A DNA stretch of 64,000 nucleotides from an uncultured Gemmatimonadaceae bacterium (GCA_964401715.1 CAYNZV010000001.1:7649-71648); one strand, 5' to 3'; positions 35,531-45,486 are shown, counted from the stretch's first letter. The notes: a model not told the origin generated them from the sequence alone. A program made the numbers and translations.

Positions 35531-37363
35531 ATGCCCAACACGCCGTCTCGCCCTCATCGACTGCTGGTGCTTGTAGCTGCGGTCATTGCCGGTGCCTTGC
35601 TGGCAGTGGTCGCTATGCTGTTGCTCAAGCCGAACGAGAAACCGGCTCCCGAGCGGCGTGCCCCGGCGGAGAAAACCGAACCGGTCATCGATCTGTTCAA
35701 CAAGTCACTTCCCCATGATTATCCTCGGATCGAGTTCGTAGACGTGGCCCGCGAAGCGGGTATTGATTTCCGACATTTCCACGGTCAACGCTCAATGCAA
35801 CTACCCGAAGACATGGGCTCTGGGGCGGCGTGGGCGGACTACGACAACGACGGATTCCTCGATCTCTACGCGGTCAACACGGCGGGACCTCTGACCATGG
35901 ACGCGGCAGAATTGGCGATATCACCGGCTCACAGTTCGCTATACCACAACCAGGGATCTGGTGTTTTCGAGGACGTAGCTACCATTGCCGGCGTGGATCA
36001 CCGGGGGTATGGTCAGGCGGTGGCTTGGGGAGACTACGACAACGATGGTTTTGTCGATCTGGTGGTGACCAACTATGGCACCAATTTGCTCTATCGAAAT
36101 CGCGGCGATGGCACCTTTGCCGACGTCTCCGCGACAGCGGGTGTGGGGGCAGCGCACGGCTTCTGGGGGGGGGCCTCATGGGGGGACTACGATCGCGACG
36201 GTGATATCGATCTATACGTGGCTGGTTACGTTAAATACGAATTCGACCCGGCTCATTTGCACATGAAGACGAAGCAGTACGACAGCTTGATCCCAGCTTC
36301 GCTCAATCCGGCGACCTACCAGCCGGAGCGCAATCTCCTCTATCGCAACGATGGCGAACGTTTCACCGAACGCGGTGGCGAAGCAGGTGTCGGCAACACC
36401 ACAGGACGTAGCCTTTCCTCTTCCTGGTGTGACTTCGACAACGACGGTTGGATCGACCTTTACGTCGCCAACGACGTATCCGAGAATGCTTTTTTTCTCA
36501 ATCGCAGGGACGGCAGCTTCGCCGATATCAGTCATAGCGCGTGGGTTGCCGACTATCGCGGGGGTATGGGCCTAGCGGTAGCCGACTGGGATGCGGACGG
36601 TGACCAGGATCTCTTTGTGACCAACTGGATGGCTCAGGAGAATTCGTTTTACAACAATATGATGCAGGAGTACCTCGAGGCGGGCATGGAGATCCAAGGT
36701 CAGATGCTACGATTCACAGACGCCGGTGGCCAGTTGGGTCTGGGGGGACCATCTCTGGATTATGTTGGCTGGGGCACAGCGGCCATCGATTACGACAATG
36801 ATGGCAAGCAGGATATTCTGGTGACTAACGGGGGAACGATGCCATGGAAAGAAAACCCGGCTTTACTGGTCCCCATGCGCCATCTGCTATTCTGGAACAA
36901 AGGACCTCAGGAAGGTTTCTTCGAGGTGGGGTTGGAAAGCGGTGCGGTATTCAGAAAAAAGCAGGTGGGTCGCGGCTTGGCGGCAGGGGACTACGACAAC
37001 GATGGCGATGCTGATGCTTTCGTCGTGGTCAACGGCGGCGCGGCTCAGTTACTGCGCAACGACGTTCCTGCCGGCAATCACTGGCTCAAAGTACGAGTGC
37101 AGGGACGCAAGAGTGGTGCCGACGGTCTGAATGTGCGTTTGCGCGCCGTAGTGGGCGAGCGCCAGTTCCACCGTGAAGTGGGTGCTACATCCTCCTACTA
37201 TTCCCAGCATGCCGTGAGTGAGGAGCTGTTTGGCCTCGGAACGGCGATGGAAGTGGACAGTCTGGAGATTCGCTGGCCCAGCGGGACGCGCGACTTGATG
37301 CTACAGCTCCGAGCCGACCAGACGGTGATAGTGGTGGAAGGCGAAAATGCCCGCGATCGGTAG
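35531..37363 (+). CDS. ASPIC/UnbV plus FG-GAP/VCBS repeat protein (CRTAC1-type), membrane-anchored, copy 1
   Basis: N-terminal TM anchor (LLVLVAAVIAGALLAVVAMLLL). Repeated (W/A)GDYDNDG(F/D).DL(Y/V)V.N motifs with LLYRN.GDGTF.DVS. C-terminal UnbV_ASPIC-like block (SSYYSQHAVSEELFGLGTAMEVDSLEIRWPSG). Confidence 0.85.
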   Translation: MPNTPSRPHRLLVLVAAVIAGALLAVVAMLLLKPNEKPAPERRAPAEKTEPVIDLFNKSLPHDYPRIEFVDVAREAGIDFRHFHGQRSMQLPEDMGSGAAWADYDNDGFLDLYAVNTAGPLTMDAAELAISPAHSSLYHNQGSGVFEDVATIAGVDHRGYGQAVAWGDYDNDGFVDLVVTNYGTNLLYRNRGDGTFADVSATAGVGAAHGFWGGASWGDYDRDGDIDLYVAGYVKYEFDPAHLHMKTKQYDSLIPASLNPATYQPERNLLYRNDGERFTERGGEAGVGNTTGRSLSSSWCDFDNDGWIDLYVANDVSENAFFLNRRDGSFADISHSAWVADYRGGMGLAVADWDADGDQDLFVTNWMAQENSFYNNMMQEYLEAGMEIQGQMLRFTDAGGQLGLGGPSLDYVGWGTAAIDYDNDGKQDILVTNGGTMPWKENPALLVPMRHLLFWNKGPQEGFFEVGLESGAVFRKKQVGRGLAAGDYDNDGDADAFVVVNGGAAQLLRNDVPAGNHWLKVRVQGRKSGADGLNVRLRAVVGERQFHREVGATSSYYSQHAVSEELFGLGTAMEVDSLEIRWPSGTRDLMLQLRADQTVIVVEGENARDR

Positions 37364-37452
37364 TGAGATGGAATTGAGCGCGAATAGCGTTTGCATTACT
37401 GCCGTTCCTGTGCTGAGAACAGCAATTGAGTGGTAGTCCGTCGTTTTGTCGT

Positions 37453-37989
37453 TCATTTTTTGTCCCATCGCCGGCAGACTACACTGCCACTTCCTCCACG
37501 CTCGTCACAGTCGCGCAACGCCTTTACACACAACAATCCTTGCCAGATCTCTTCAACGCCGACTTTCGGTTCGAGATTCTCCCACCTAACAGATCCCTCA
37601 CAAAACATATGTCCCTCGTAGTGGGATTCGAACGGACATTCCGCGGCCGTATTCGCGAGCTTCGAGGGTGGGTCATCACCGACAATAAGCACCTCGAACT
37701 GTGGGTCGGAAATAATCCTCTTACCGCTGGGTGCGTGCTCACTGGCTGAGTAGGTTGCGCCACGGCACACCAATCGGCCGTCTTCTTCTTGTACTGAGCC
37801 CAGCAAATGCTTCGGGGAAACCTCCAAAGGACCGGTCATGCGACAAATGGCACCGGCACCGGAATTTTCGCCAGTCGGCACAAACGCGTGTCCCGGTAAT
37901 TCGCCCTGAAAGGGCACCCACGCTTGTCCTTGGGCAACAGCCCCCAGGCCCATCAAAGATAGCATCAGCAAAACCAAACTGAATCTCAC
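37453..37989 (-). CDS. Small secreted cysteine-rich hypothetical protein (one DM9/DUF3421-like stretch, tentative)
   Basis: GTG 37989 is preceded by GGGAGG at about 7 nt and gives MRFSLVLLMLSLMGLGAVAQG, a signal peptide. The mature part has 7 Cys, and W.P..G.LP..AF...ICR...G...C.......FEVL is reminiscent of a DM9 repeat. Confidence 0.45.
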   Translation of the reverse strand: MRFSLVLLMLSLMGLGAVAQGQAWVPFQGELPGHAFVPTGENSGAGAICRMTGPLEVSPKHLLGSVQEEDGRLVCRGATYSASEHAPSGKRIISDPQFEVLIVGDDPPSKLANTAAECPFESHYEGHMFCEGSVRWENLEPKVGVEEIWQGLLCVKALRDCDERGGSGSVVCRRWDKK

Positions 37990-38200
37990 GACCAAGCCTC
38001 CCGGTTTCGGATGAAGCCCAATTGAATTACGTCGATTCGATTTCAACGTAAGGAAATCAACTCCCAATACAAAGGCACGTGTTTGCCACCGCGGGTTTGT
38101 TCCGTGCAAACTGTTTTAGTTATAGTATATACGTTACAGGGTAGTATGAGGTTGGATTGCGGTTTGGTACAGTCGATTTTTGTTGCAACGAGGGCAAAGC

Positions 38201-41173
38201 GTGATAGGATCGGTGCGTACTAACCAACTGGAACGACCACATTGTGGCCTACTAGTCGCACTGGCCGTCTGGGCTGGCTCTGCCATAGGCAGTGATCTTC
38301 CCCTCGAAGATGTGGCCGCACAACGGCCGTTTCTGCGTTGGCAGCGTCCCACGTATACCAACTATGCGTTACAGCATTACCAGAATTATCCCAACCACAC
38401 CTTTCCTTATTGGGATGTACCTCAGTCCCGCTTAGATCCTCTCGGCAACCATCTCATCAACGGCTACAGTCTCTATGACTGGAGCGAGGTACGCACCGAT
38501 GGGCTCGAGTATGGCAGCTCGATTTTCAAACAATCGGATGGGACCAGTCTCACCTGGATCAACGTGTTCGATTACGTCGTGGCGGGCCACGACGGATACG
38601 GCGACTGGGGCTATCAGCTGATTGTTGGCGACGCGCTGCCAGCACGTTTTACGCCACTGACCTTGTCGAAGGTCAACTTCAACGGCATGCGGTTCGACCT
38701 GTCGACGAAGCATCTGAAATTCACCGGGGTTGCCTCGCGACAGGAACGGCCCAAAGACGATATCAGGACCTATAGCGGCGCGTTTTCACCGTTGGTCCAC
38801 TACGCGGATGATTCGAATTTGCTGTTGGGGACACGGGCGCAAGCGGATGTAGGCGGTTTGCATCTGGGTTTAAACTGGGTCAACCAGCATGTTTACCAGA
38901 GCACGCGTACCACGGGCAACAGTCTCAAGGGGCGATTGAAGCCGGACCAGCCGCTGATGGACTGGATCGTCGTGCGTTTTCGCGATGATTCTCCGGAGGA
39001 CGGGGTGGGTGGCGCGGCGGTGCAGGACCTGCAGCTGGTGATCAACGATGAGGCGCGACCGGATTTGGTGCCGCAGGTGATCAGCCACCTCGGCGAGCCG
39101 CCGATCCAGGTGGGATTCGTCTCGGCCCTTACCGGGGCGTTTACTCCTTTGGCTTACGACCTGTTCACCGCTTCTGAGGCCAGCACCCCCTACTTCAACG
39201 AATACTACTACCGCGGTCGTGATTTTCCGTTATTTGCGGATTATCTGGCGCGGTTGGATCACGCTGCCGGTATCGATGTGCGCAAGCAGGCGAATATCCC
39301 GGGGTTGGAGGCGCTGTACGAGTTGGAATCACCGCAGCAGCTGCTGCAGGCGGACGGAGAGACACAGATTGTGTTTCTCTTCGACATTTCCCGCGAGGCT
39401 GACGTGCGCTCGGTGGTGGTGGAAGCGACGTTGGGGAACGATTACCTGGTGGATGTGGCGATGCTGTATACGAAGTCAACCACGGCTGCTTTTTACGCCG
39501 ATCGTTTCTCGGGCACCTACTATCAGACGGTGAAGCGCGCCAAGGGCAATGTGCGGGATTTTTCCAATCTGCGCCGGGTGCGATTCCAGGTGGGAGAAAA
39601 CACCGGTAATTTCGTTTATGGTGCGGACGCTCACCTGGTGCTCAAGCGTCTGGAGATTTCTGCCGAGTATGCACGCTCGAGCGTGTATTCGCGCTATCCC
39701 GCTCGTGTTGATGGGGGGGCGGCGTTTGATGAGGCGCCGCGTTTTGCCGATCGCGGGGGGGCGTATTTCGTCAATGCGGTGCGGCGTTTTGATCGCGGCC
39801 TGGTAGGTGCCGAGCTGTTTTCCATCGCACCGGATTACCAGACCGAGATGCGCTCCTTTCTGCACCCCGAATCGAGTTTTTGGCTGAGTCACCTGGACGG
39901 GGTGCTCAACAGCACCATGTACTGGCAGACGGTGGATGACAACGATGACGGCGATCGTTATCCCGATATCAAATACGGCAACGCTCCGGGTTTACCGCGG
40001 GATCGCGTTGGCACCGATCTCAATGGTGTTTTTGTGAATCAGGATACCGACAACGACGGTGCTCCGGATACCAACCGCAATCTGAATCGTTTGCCGGACT
40101 ACGAGGAGCCGTTTTTGATGTTTGATGTGGAGCCCAGCAGTTACGTATACGGGCTGGATCGCAACAACAACGATGAGCCGGACCAGCGTGAAGATGACGC
40201 CGAGGTAGACTACCCGTATGAGCATGACGAGCGTGGTTACCACCTTTTTGGCCAGTGGCAGCTGACGCCTCACTGGTCGGTAGCGGCAGGTCGCTATGAC
40301 ATCGAGGAGATCGCCGGCAACGGCGGCAATCGGGCGATATACGGGTTATTGCGTTATCAGCGTCAGGGGGAAGGCCAGCTCAGGCGGATGTTTTTCGAGA
40401 GCAGCATGCGCCGGGTGGCGGACGACATCGCCGATGAGATTATGGTGTTCGATGACGATGCGGGGCCGCGGGATGTACGTTTTGGGAGTCGCGGCATTGC
40501 TTACAGCCGACCGGTGCAACAAGGTTTTGGGTTGCCGGTGTATATGAAGGTGGAGTTTTTGCCCGATCAGTTGTTTTACCGGGACAGTGTGGTGAGCGAC
40601 ACCTATGTGGAGGGGCGGATGATGCCGTGGTCGTCGTTGGAACTGGTGCAGAAGCTGCGCGGTCGTTTCAACTGGCAGCAGGGGGGGCAGCGGCACGGGA
40701 TATTCCAGCGCCAGCGGCGGGTGGATTTCTGGACCTCGGTGAGTCGTGTCCAGTATGTGTGGCATTGGAGGCAGTTGACGGTGACTTCGCAGTATAAGCT
40801 GATGCTGTCGCGGTTGATCGATCAGGAGCGCAATGTGCGGTTGCGCTCGGAGCTGCGTTCGATTCCGATTTTGCGGATGGAGTATCCGCTGCTGGCGCGA
40901 ACGCAGCTGCAGGTGGGCATTCAGGGCGTAGGCCCGTTGCCGTATCGGCGCCTCGACGACACTTCGCAGTACAACAGCTTCGAGCAGCGCACCTCGTTTA
41001 TCTCGCTGATCAACCGGTCGCGTTATTTTGGTTACGACCTCATAACCACAATGGGGATCAACGCCAACAAGATCGAACACGATTCTGCGTTTCTCGACGA
41101 CCGCGATTTCGATTTGCGCACCTTCTTCATGAGGGTGCTGGTCGGATTCACTGAATTCGGAAGACTAATCTGA
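38201..41173 (+). CDS. LSP-C: large secreted paralog, mature region identical to LSP-D
   Basis: The ORF opens at TTG 38180. GTG 38201 with GAGGG 7 nt upstream is plausible. Signal-like CGLLVALAVWAGSAIG. From RPFLRWQRPTYTNYAL to ...VGFTEFGR the protein is identical to that of 48252..51215. The ends differ (..GRLI-TGA versus ..GRPI-TAA). Confidence 0.85.
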   Translation: MIGSVRTNQLERPHCGLLVALAVWAGSAIGSDLPLEDVAAQRPFLRWQRPTYTNYALQHYQNYPNHTFPYWDVPQSRLDPLGNHLINGYSLYDWSEVRTDGLEYGSSIFKQSDGTSLTWINVFDYVVAGHDGYGDWGYQLIVGDALPARFTPLTLSKVNFNGMRFDLSTKHLKFTGVASRQERPKDDIRTYSGAFSPLVHYADDSNLLLGTRAQADVGGLHLGLNWVNQHVYQSTRTTGNSLKGRLKPDQPLMDWIVVRFRDDSPEDGVGGAAVQDLQLVINDEARPDLVPQVISHLGEPPIQVGFVSALTGAFTPLAYDLFTASEASTPYFNEYYYRGRDFPLFADYLARLDHAAGIDVRKQANIPGLEALYELESPQQLLQADGETQIVFLFDISREADVRSVVVEATLGNDYLVDVAMLYTKSTTAAFYADRFSGTYYQTVKRAKGNVRDFSNLRRVRFQVGENTGNFVYGADAHLVLKRLEISAEYARSSVYSRYPARVDGGAAFDEAPRFADRGGAYFVNAVRRFDRGLVGAELFSIAPDYQTEMRSFLHPESSFWLSHLDGVLNSTMYWQTVDDNDDGDRYPDIKYGNAPGLPRDRVGTDLNGVFVNQDTDNDGAPDTNRNLNRLPDYEEPFLMFDVEPSSYVYGLDRNNNDEPDQREDDAEVDYPYEHDERGYHLFGQWQLTPHWSVAAGRYDIEEIAGNGGNRAIYGLLRYQRQGEGQLRRMFFESSMRRVADDIADEIMVFDDDAGPRDVRFGSRGIAYSRPVQQGFGLPVYMKVEFLPDQLFYRDSVVSDTYVEGRMMPWSSLELVQKLRGRFNWQQGGQRHGIFQRQRRVDFWTSVSRVQYVWHWRQLTVTSQYKLMLSRLIDQERNVRLRSELRSIPILRMEYPLLARTQLQVGIQGVGPLPYRRLDDTSQYNSFEQRTSFISLINRSRYFGYDLITTMGINANKIEHDSAFLDDRDFDLRTFFMRVLVGFTEFGRLI
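38324..41165 (+). repeat. Copy 1 of a 2,842-bp direct repeat (partner 48366..51207)
   Basis: Every six-frame ORF in the segment has an identical twin at a constant offset of +10,042 (for example 38432..38713 = 48474..48755 and 40346..41080 = 50388..51122). Line-by-line comparison of the sampled stretches shows no mismatch. First mismatches flank the block at 38323/48365 and 41166/51208. Confidence 0.9.
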
Positions 41174-41306
41174 CGCAGGATGTTAGCGCCACCATGGGGA
41201 CTTGGCAGGGAGCCGAAGCCGGCAACCGAGCCCTTCCCCATAATCGCACACCGCCTTCGCAATAGATGAGTAATCGCGACAGTCCCCTTTCCATCCCAAA
41301 AACAAT

Positions 41307-41336
41307 AAGGGGGTAGATTTTGCAATCTACCCCCTT
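41307..41336 (-). terminator. Intrinsic terminator hairpin between convergent genes
   Basis: AAGGGGGTAGAT-tttgca-ATCTACCCCCTT, a 12-bp perfect stem. On the minus-strand transcript it is followed by AUUGUUUUUGG. Sits 28 nt downstream of the stop of 41364..43328. Confidence 0.75.
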
Positions 41337-41363
41337 ACGCTCAAACGGCTAAGCCGGTCGAGT

Positions 41364-43328
41364 TTACTTCAGTAAGGTCATCGCCTGGGTGGCGGAGAAA
41401 TCGCCAGCTTCCATGCGGTAGAAGTAAACGCCACTCGACACTGGTTTGCCATGTTGGTCCCGAGCATCCCATGTCGACTTGTAGGCACCCGCGTTCAGCT
41501 GATCGTCGACCAGAGTCGCAACCTGCTGCCCGGCGGTGTTGAAAATGCTGATCTTCACGTCGCCGTCCACCGGCACGCTGAAGTCGATGGTAGTTTCAGG
41601 ATTGAACGGGTTGGGATACGCTTCGCCCAGTTCATAGCTGTCCGGTATTGCGGCACTGGCGTCAGCCTCAACAGCTGTAACACCGGCGCCCAGACGACCG
41701 ACGGCCAGATCGAAAGGCACGTGGAACATTTGCTGGAAACCACCAATATCCGAGGATTCACGAGCCGGATTTGGTCCGTTAACCGACAAATCCCAGTTAC
41801 CGCTCACGTAGATGCCATCGAACGGACCTTCGCGCCGATCTGGACCGATCCACTGTCCGTTCACGCGGCCCTGATTCTCGTCCACCCAGGAAATATGGGT
41901 AGCAAGAGAGGCCTTAAACGGACCCATCTTGGTGTGGTCCAGGAACAGCCGCAAGACGCCCGAACCGTCGCGCCCCAGCGCCGAATAGGAATTGCCAAAC
42001 TGATTGTGGCGCGGGCTGTAAACGGCAATATGGCCGGTGCGGTCATTGGTTATGCGGATGGACAACTGGAACGAACCTTCAGCAGCACCGCCCGTAAGGC
42101 CTAGTTGGGCAGCACGTTCGGCGGAAAACTGGTCAGAATAGAGATCGCCAGGACCGTTGTACCAGATGACGTTACCGTCCCAGTCCAGCTTGAGGATCGA
42201 GGTCGACCTCCACCCGCAGAGCCACAGACCCGTGTCATCGGCGGACACCGAAGAGGGGCCACCACCGCTGAAGGTCGCGTTGTTATTGTCGTCCACACGC
42301 CAGCGCAGGAAAAACTCACGGACGTCGTAAGACCTGAGGTACTCACCGGAGTTCTTGTCCCAGACGTTCAGGCCGCTGGCCGGCGGATCAGCGCCGGACC
42401 AATTGGGCGAGATCAGCTCGTCATTGTAGACCAGGATCTGCATGGCGTTTTCGGTCTCGGGACCTGGCACTTTAGCGAAACCGTTGTCGCCAAATTCCGT
42501 CACCCTCTCAAGGCTCTTGGCGGCGGCATTTTTGCGCGATTTGTAGAGACCGGTGAATTCGTTGTTCCAGTTAGAGTTGACCAGATAGATGATGTTGGGA
42601 TCATCGGGGTCAGGTTTCGGGCCGCCGCGGCTGCCGGATTCCTCCACAACCTCCCACACACTGGAGGCATCCCACTGCTCATACGCGTTGGGATTGGCGA
42701 TGTAGTCGGTACCCAAGTTGAAGACGTGCACGTTCTGGGGGCCATCACCATTGTTGGAGTTGTATCGGCCCTTCCGATGCGTCCACACCGTCTTGTCACG
42801 CATGTCGATCTCGTGATCGTCGAAATCGCTGTTGCCACCATACATCAACGTCGCGGGATCTAGAAGGTTGAAGGCGATGACGTCGAACGAATAGCTGCCA
42901 GCGCCAGCCGGGTTGCCTTCCCAATCGCGCCCATTCCACGTGATGGTGTTGTTGCCGGCTTCGAAGTCACCACCACCTCCAGGCACTACATTGACGAACT
43001 TGTCCTGGGGCTTCATGCGCTGTACGGCGCCGTTAGGACCCGACGGACCAGTCTCATTCGAGCCCACTTCGTAAATTGCAACCCAGACGCGGGCTCGCTG
43101 ATTCATGCTGAAGTTGATACCGACTGGGCCACTTCCGTTCCAGGACACATCGTTGGTCCGGACGCGTAGTGGATTCGGGTCACCAGAACGGTCAGGTACA
43201 CGTACTTGGGAATCAAAATTTTCGTCTACTGATGCGGCTTTGGGATAAGTTTCAGCTATCACCGTGCCGGCAACTAGTAAACAAAGCGCTGAAATTGTTA
43301 GCAGAATTTTTGGTATCTGCATTTCCAA
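41364..43328 (-). CDS. Secreted protein with a T9SS-type (FlgD-Ig-like) C-terminal sorting domain; body of unknown function
   Basis: Signal peptide MEMQIPKILLTISALCLLVAGTVIA. An N-proximal FlgD-Ig-like stretch (GNNTITWNGRDWEGNPAGAGSYSFDVIAFN). The C-terminus AYPNPFNPETTIDFSVPVDGDVKISIFNTAGQQVATLVDDQLNAGAYKSTWDARDQHGKPVSSGVYFYRMEAGDFSATQAMTLLK is a canonical T9SS type-A C-terminal domain. Confidence 0.85.
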   Translation of the reverse strand: MEMQIPKILLTISALCLLVAGTVIAETYPKAASVDENFDSQVRVPDRSGDPNPLRVRTNDVSWNGSGPVGINFSMNQRARVWVAIYEVGSNETGPSGPNGAVQRMKPQDKFVNVVPGGGGDFEAGNNTITWNGRDWEGNPAGAGSYSFDVIAFNLLDPATLMYGGNSDFDDHEIDMRDKTVWTHRKGRYNSNNGDGPQNVHVFNLGTDYIANPNAYEQWDASSVWEVVEESGSRGGPKPDPDDPNIIYLVNSNWNNEFTGLYKSRKNAAAKSLERVTEFGDNGFAKVPGPETENAMQILVYNDELISPNWSGADPPASGLNVWDKNSGEYLRSYDVREFFLRWRVDDNNNATFSGGGPSSVSADDTGLWLCGWRSTSILKLDWDGNVIWYNGPGDLYSDQFSAERAAQLGLTGGAAEGSFQLSIRITNDRTGHIAVYSPRHNQFGNSYSALGRDGSGVLRLFLDHTKMGPFKASLATHISWVDENQGRVNGQWIGPDRREGPFDGIYVSGNWDLSVNGPNPARESSDIGGFQQMFHVPFDLAVGRLGAGVTAVEADASAAIPDSYELGEAYPNPFNPETTIDFSVPVDGDVKISIFNTAGQQVATLVDDQLNAGAYKSTWDARDQHGKPVSSGVYFYRMEAGDFSATQAMTLLK

Positions 43329-43560
43329 TTTGCTCCTTGGTTCACAGTGAGATAAGCGATGGTACTCGAATTTACATGTTCTAAACTTCCGTAAATCTAA
43401 GACCTCCTTTCCTCAATATTTCCTCTTGCAAACCTTAATCGGCAGGATTGAAGTAACGATACGAATACAAATATAACCGCTTAATATGGCGAAACAAGAT
43501 TTTTTTTCATCCAGAATGTATAATACATATATAAACATTGTATAATTTTTATAGTCTAAA
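43329..43560 (-). promoter_or_regulatory. Strongly AT-rich putative promoter/leader region of the T9SS-cargo gene
   Basis: Composition drops sharply relative to the flanks. Contains, read on the minus strand, TATATTTG (43468..43475), which fits the TAnnTTTG -7 element of Bacteroidetes-type promoters. Also a 13-bp palindrome ATGTATAATACAT (43516..43528), two TGTATAAT octamers 22 bp apart, and a T8 run. Confidence 0.4.
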
Positions 43561-43650
43561 TGAAGCACCTTGAGAGAGGATCCTGCTGCCCGGGCGCCTT
43601 ACTGGAATCGAATGGGTTGCCGTTCTCAACTCCCAAGCCCAACGGCTGCG

Positions 43651-45486
43651 CTATTGGCGAGACAGGCCCGATCCCCTTCTCAGGGTGATCACTTGGTCAG
43701 CGTCGAAATCGCCGAACAATTCGAGCTCGCCGTCGGCCCAGCGAACTTGGACATCCAAAACCTGGTCGATGTCGCCCAAACCGACATGGATGCGAGGATC
43801 ATTGGCGGCCTGGTAGCTGTAGGCCGACTTTACGTTCCGCCTTTTCGACACGCGCCCTGCACTTAAGCGGATTGTGGCTTCCATTGCATCGGCGCCATGC
43901 CGATTGAGCACCCTGAAGCTGATCCAATGGCGCTGTTTTGCAACCACGTTGTGCAACAGGTGAACCGGTGCGTCCCGATTGACCACCAGCACGTCCATGC
44001 CGCCGTCGTTGTCGACATCGCCAAAGGCGGCTCCGCGACTGGTTGCTACCAGCACCTGCGCTGTTCCGGCAGAGCTTGTTTCCTGGAAACGGGCCCCTGG
44101 TACGCCTCTGAACAAGGAGTTGGGTTGGGCAAAACGATCCCCTTTCGGGGCGTTGTTCAGAGCGATTCGGCCGTTGGCGGTGTAGAGATCCAACCATCCA
44201 TCGTTGTCGAAGTCGATGAGAGCAACACCGAAGCGCGTTAGTAGGTCGCTGCCGACTGCCAAACCGGAAGTGGCGGTGGCATCGACAAAAAAGTCACCTT
44301 CGTTACGGAAGTAGGAGTTGGTTTCTTCGCGTAGATTGACCACCAATAGATCAAGGGTATTGTTGTCGTCTACGTCTATGACATCGACGCCCATGCCCGC
44401 TTTGGCCATGCCACTTTCGTCCAGGGCGCAGCCGCGTAGCAGCGCCTCGTCCGTAAAAGTTCCGTCGCCACCGTTGACCCAAAGCTGATTCTTGGACCCG
44501 TCATTGGCTACGAAGATGTCGCTCCATCCGTCGGAATCGAAGTCCCCGCCGACAACCCCCAGACCATATCCATATGCCTCGTGCAATCCGGCCTCGTAGG
44601 AGACTTCGGCAAAGGTTCCGTTCCCATCATTGCGGTATAGTATATCCGGAGCCTGAGCCTTGTAGACTGGCGGATAGCAGTAATCGGCCTCCCCAACTGG
44701 AGAAAAACAGGGTCGCTCCAGCGCCACTGACCAGTGCATGTAGCGCGTAGCGAAGAGGTCGAGATCGCCATCGTTATCATAGTCCGTGAACATGGTGCTG
44801 GCGCTCCAGGCGTTATCGCCAACTCCGGCCACAGCTGAGACGTCCTGAAAGCGACCACTTCCTTCGTTTCGCAGTAACACGTTGGGTCCAACGTTGGTGA
44901 TGTAAAGATCGGCATCGCCGTCGTTGTCCCAATCGCCGGTAGCGACGCCCATGCCGTAGCCCTGGTCATCGCTACCGCTGTCCTCGGTGACGTTTTCGAA
45001 GTAACCGGAGCCGTCATTGCGAAATAGTTGGTTGGCGGGTCGCAGACTTTGTGCCGCAGTTAACGATCCACCTTGCAGCAGATAAGCGTCCAGGTCACCA
45101 TCGTCGTCCATGTCGAACAGGGCCGCTCCTCCCCCCATGATCTCCGGCATATAGTAGTGCTCCTCGTGTCCCGAATCGAAGCGGAAATCGATGCCACGCT
45201 TGGCCGCCTCTTCTGCGAACCAGATCTCTTCGTGTTGCCGCTTTTCAGCTGTTCGCCCATCCCGGGTGTCGGTTGTCAACGCGGCGTGTTCGTGCTCACC
45301 GCATCCTCCCAGAGCCACCAAGTTGATACACAAGGTTACAATCCCGAGCGTGAACCGACGCCAAGGCAACCACCGCTGCGTCGTTGCGCTGAACTGTCTG
45401 GTTGTTTTCTGGACCGTGCGTGCGGACGAGTGAGGTAGAGATCGTGGGGTCAATTTGTCGCTCGATTCCATTACAGGGATCGTCAC
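43651..45486 (-). CDS. ASPIC/UnbV plus FG-GAP/VCBS repeat protein (CRTAC1-type), probable lipoprotein, copy 2
   Basis: Lipobox-like LVALGGCGE after a hydrophobic segment. Repeated GD(W/F)D.DG..D(L/I).(V/I).N motifs with LLRNEGSGRFQDVS. C-terminal UnbV_ASPIC-like block (SAYSYQAANDPRIHVGLGDIDQVLDVQVRWADG). The GTG start overlaps the TPR gene's stop (GTGA). Confidence 0.85.
   Translation of the reverse strand: MTIPVMESSDKLTPRSLPHSSARTVQKTTRQFSATTQRWLPWRRFTLGIVTLCINLVALGGCGEHEHAALTTDTRDGRTAEKRQHEEIWFAEEAAKRGIDFRFDSGHEEHYYMPEIMGGGAALFDMDDDGDLDAYLLQGGSLTAAQSLRPANQLFRNDGSGYFENVTEDSGSDDQGYGMGVATGDWDNDGDADLYITNVGPNVLLRNEGSGRFQDVSAVAGVGDNAWSASTMFTDYDNDGDLDLFATRYMHWSVALERPCFSPVGEADYCYPPVYKAQAPDILYRNDGNGTFAEVSYEAGLHEAYGYGLGVVGGDFDSDGWSDIFVANDGSKNQLWVNGGDGTFTDEALLRGCALDESGMAKAGMGVDVIDVDDNNTLDLLVVNLREETNSYFRNEGDFFVDATATSGLAVGSDLLTRFGVALIDFDNDGWLDLYTANGRIALNNAPKGDRFAQPNSLFRGVPGARFQETSSAGTAQVLVATSRGAAFGDVDNDGGMDVLVVNRDAPVHLLHNVVAKQRHWISFRVLNRHGADAMEATIRLSAGRVSKRRNVKSAYSYQAANDPRIHVGLGDIDQVLDVQVRWADGELELFGDFDADQVITLRRGSGLSRQ

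Noticed and set aside
36165-36173. G9 homopolymer inside the CRTAC1-type gene (codes FWGGASWG), considered as a slipped-strand phase-variation site
   Set aside because: At this base composition roughly one such run is expected by chance in 64 kb on both strands. It encodes conserved-looking Trp-Gly-Gly residues and the frame is intact. It is worth remembering only as a sequencing-error hotspot.
40346-41080. 244-aa minus-strand ORF inside LSP-C, with an identical twin at 50388..51122
   Set aside because: It is an antisense shadow frame, His/Pro/Arg/Leu-rich. It is duplicated only because the underlying DNA is duplicated. It did help confirm that the repeat is identical.
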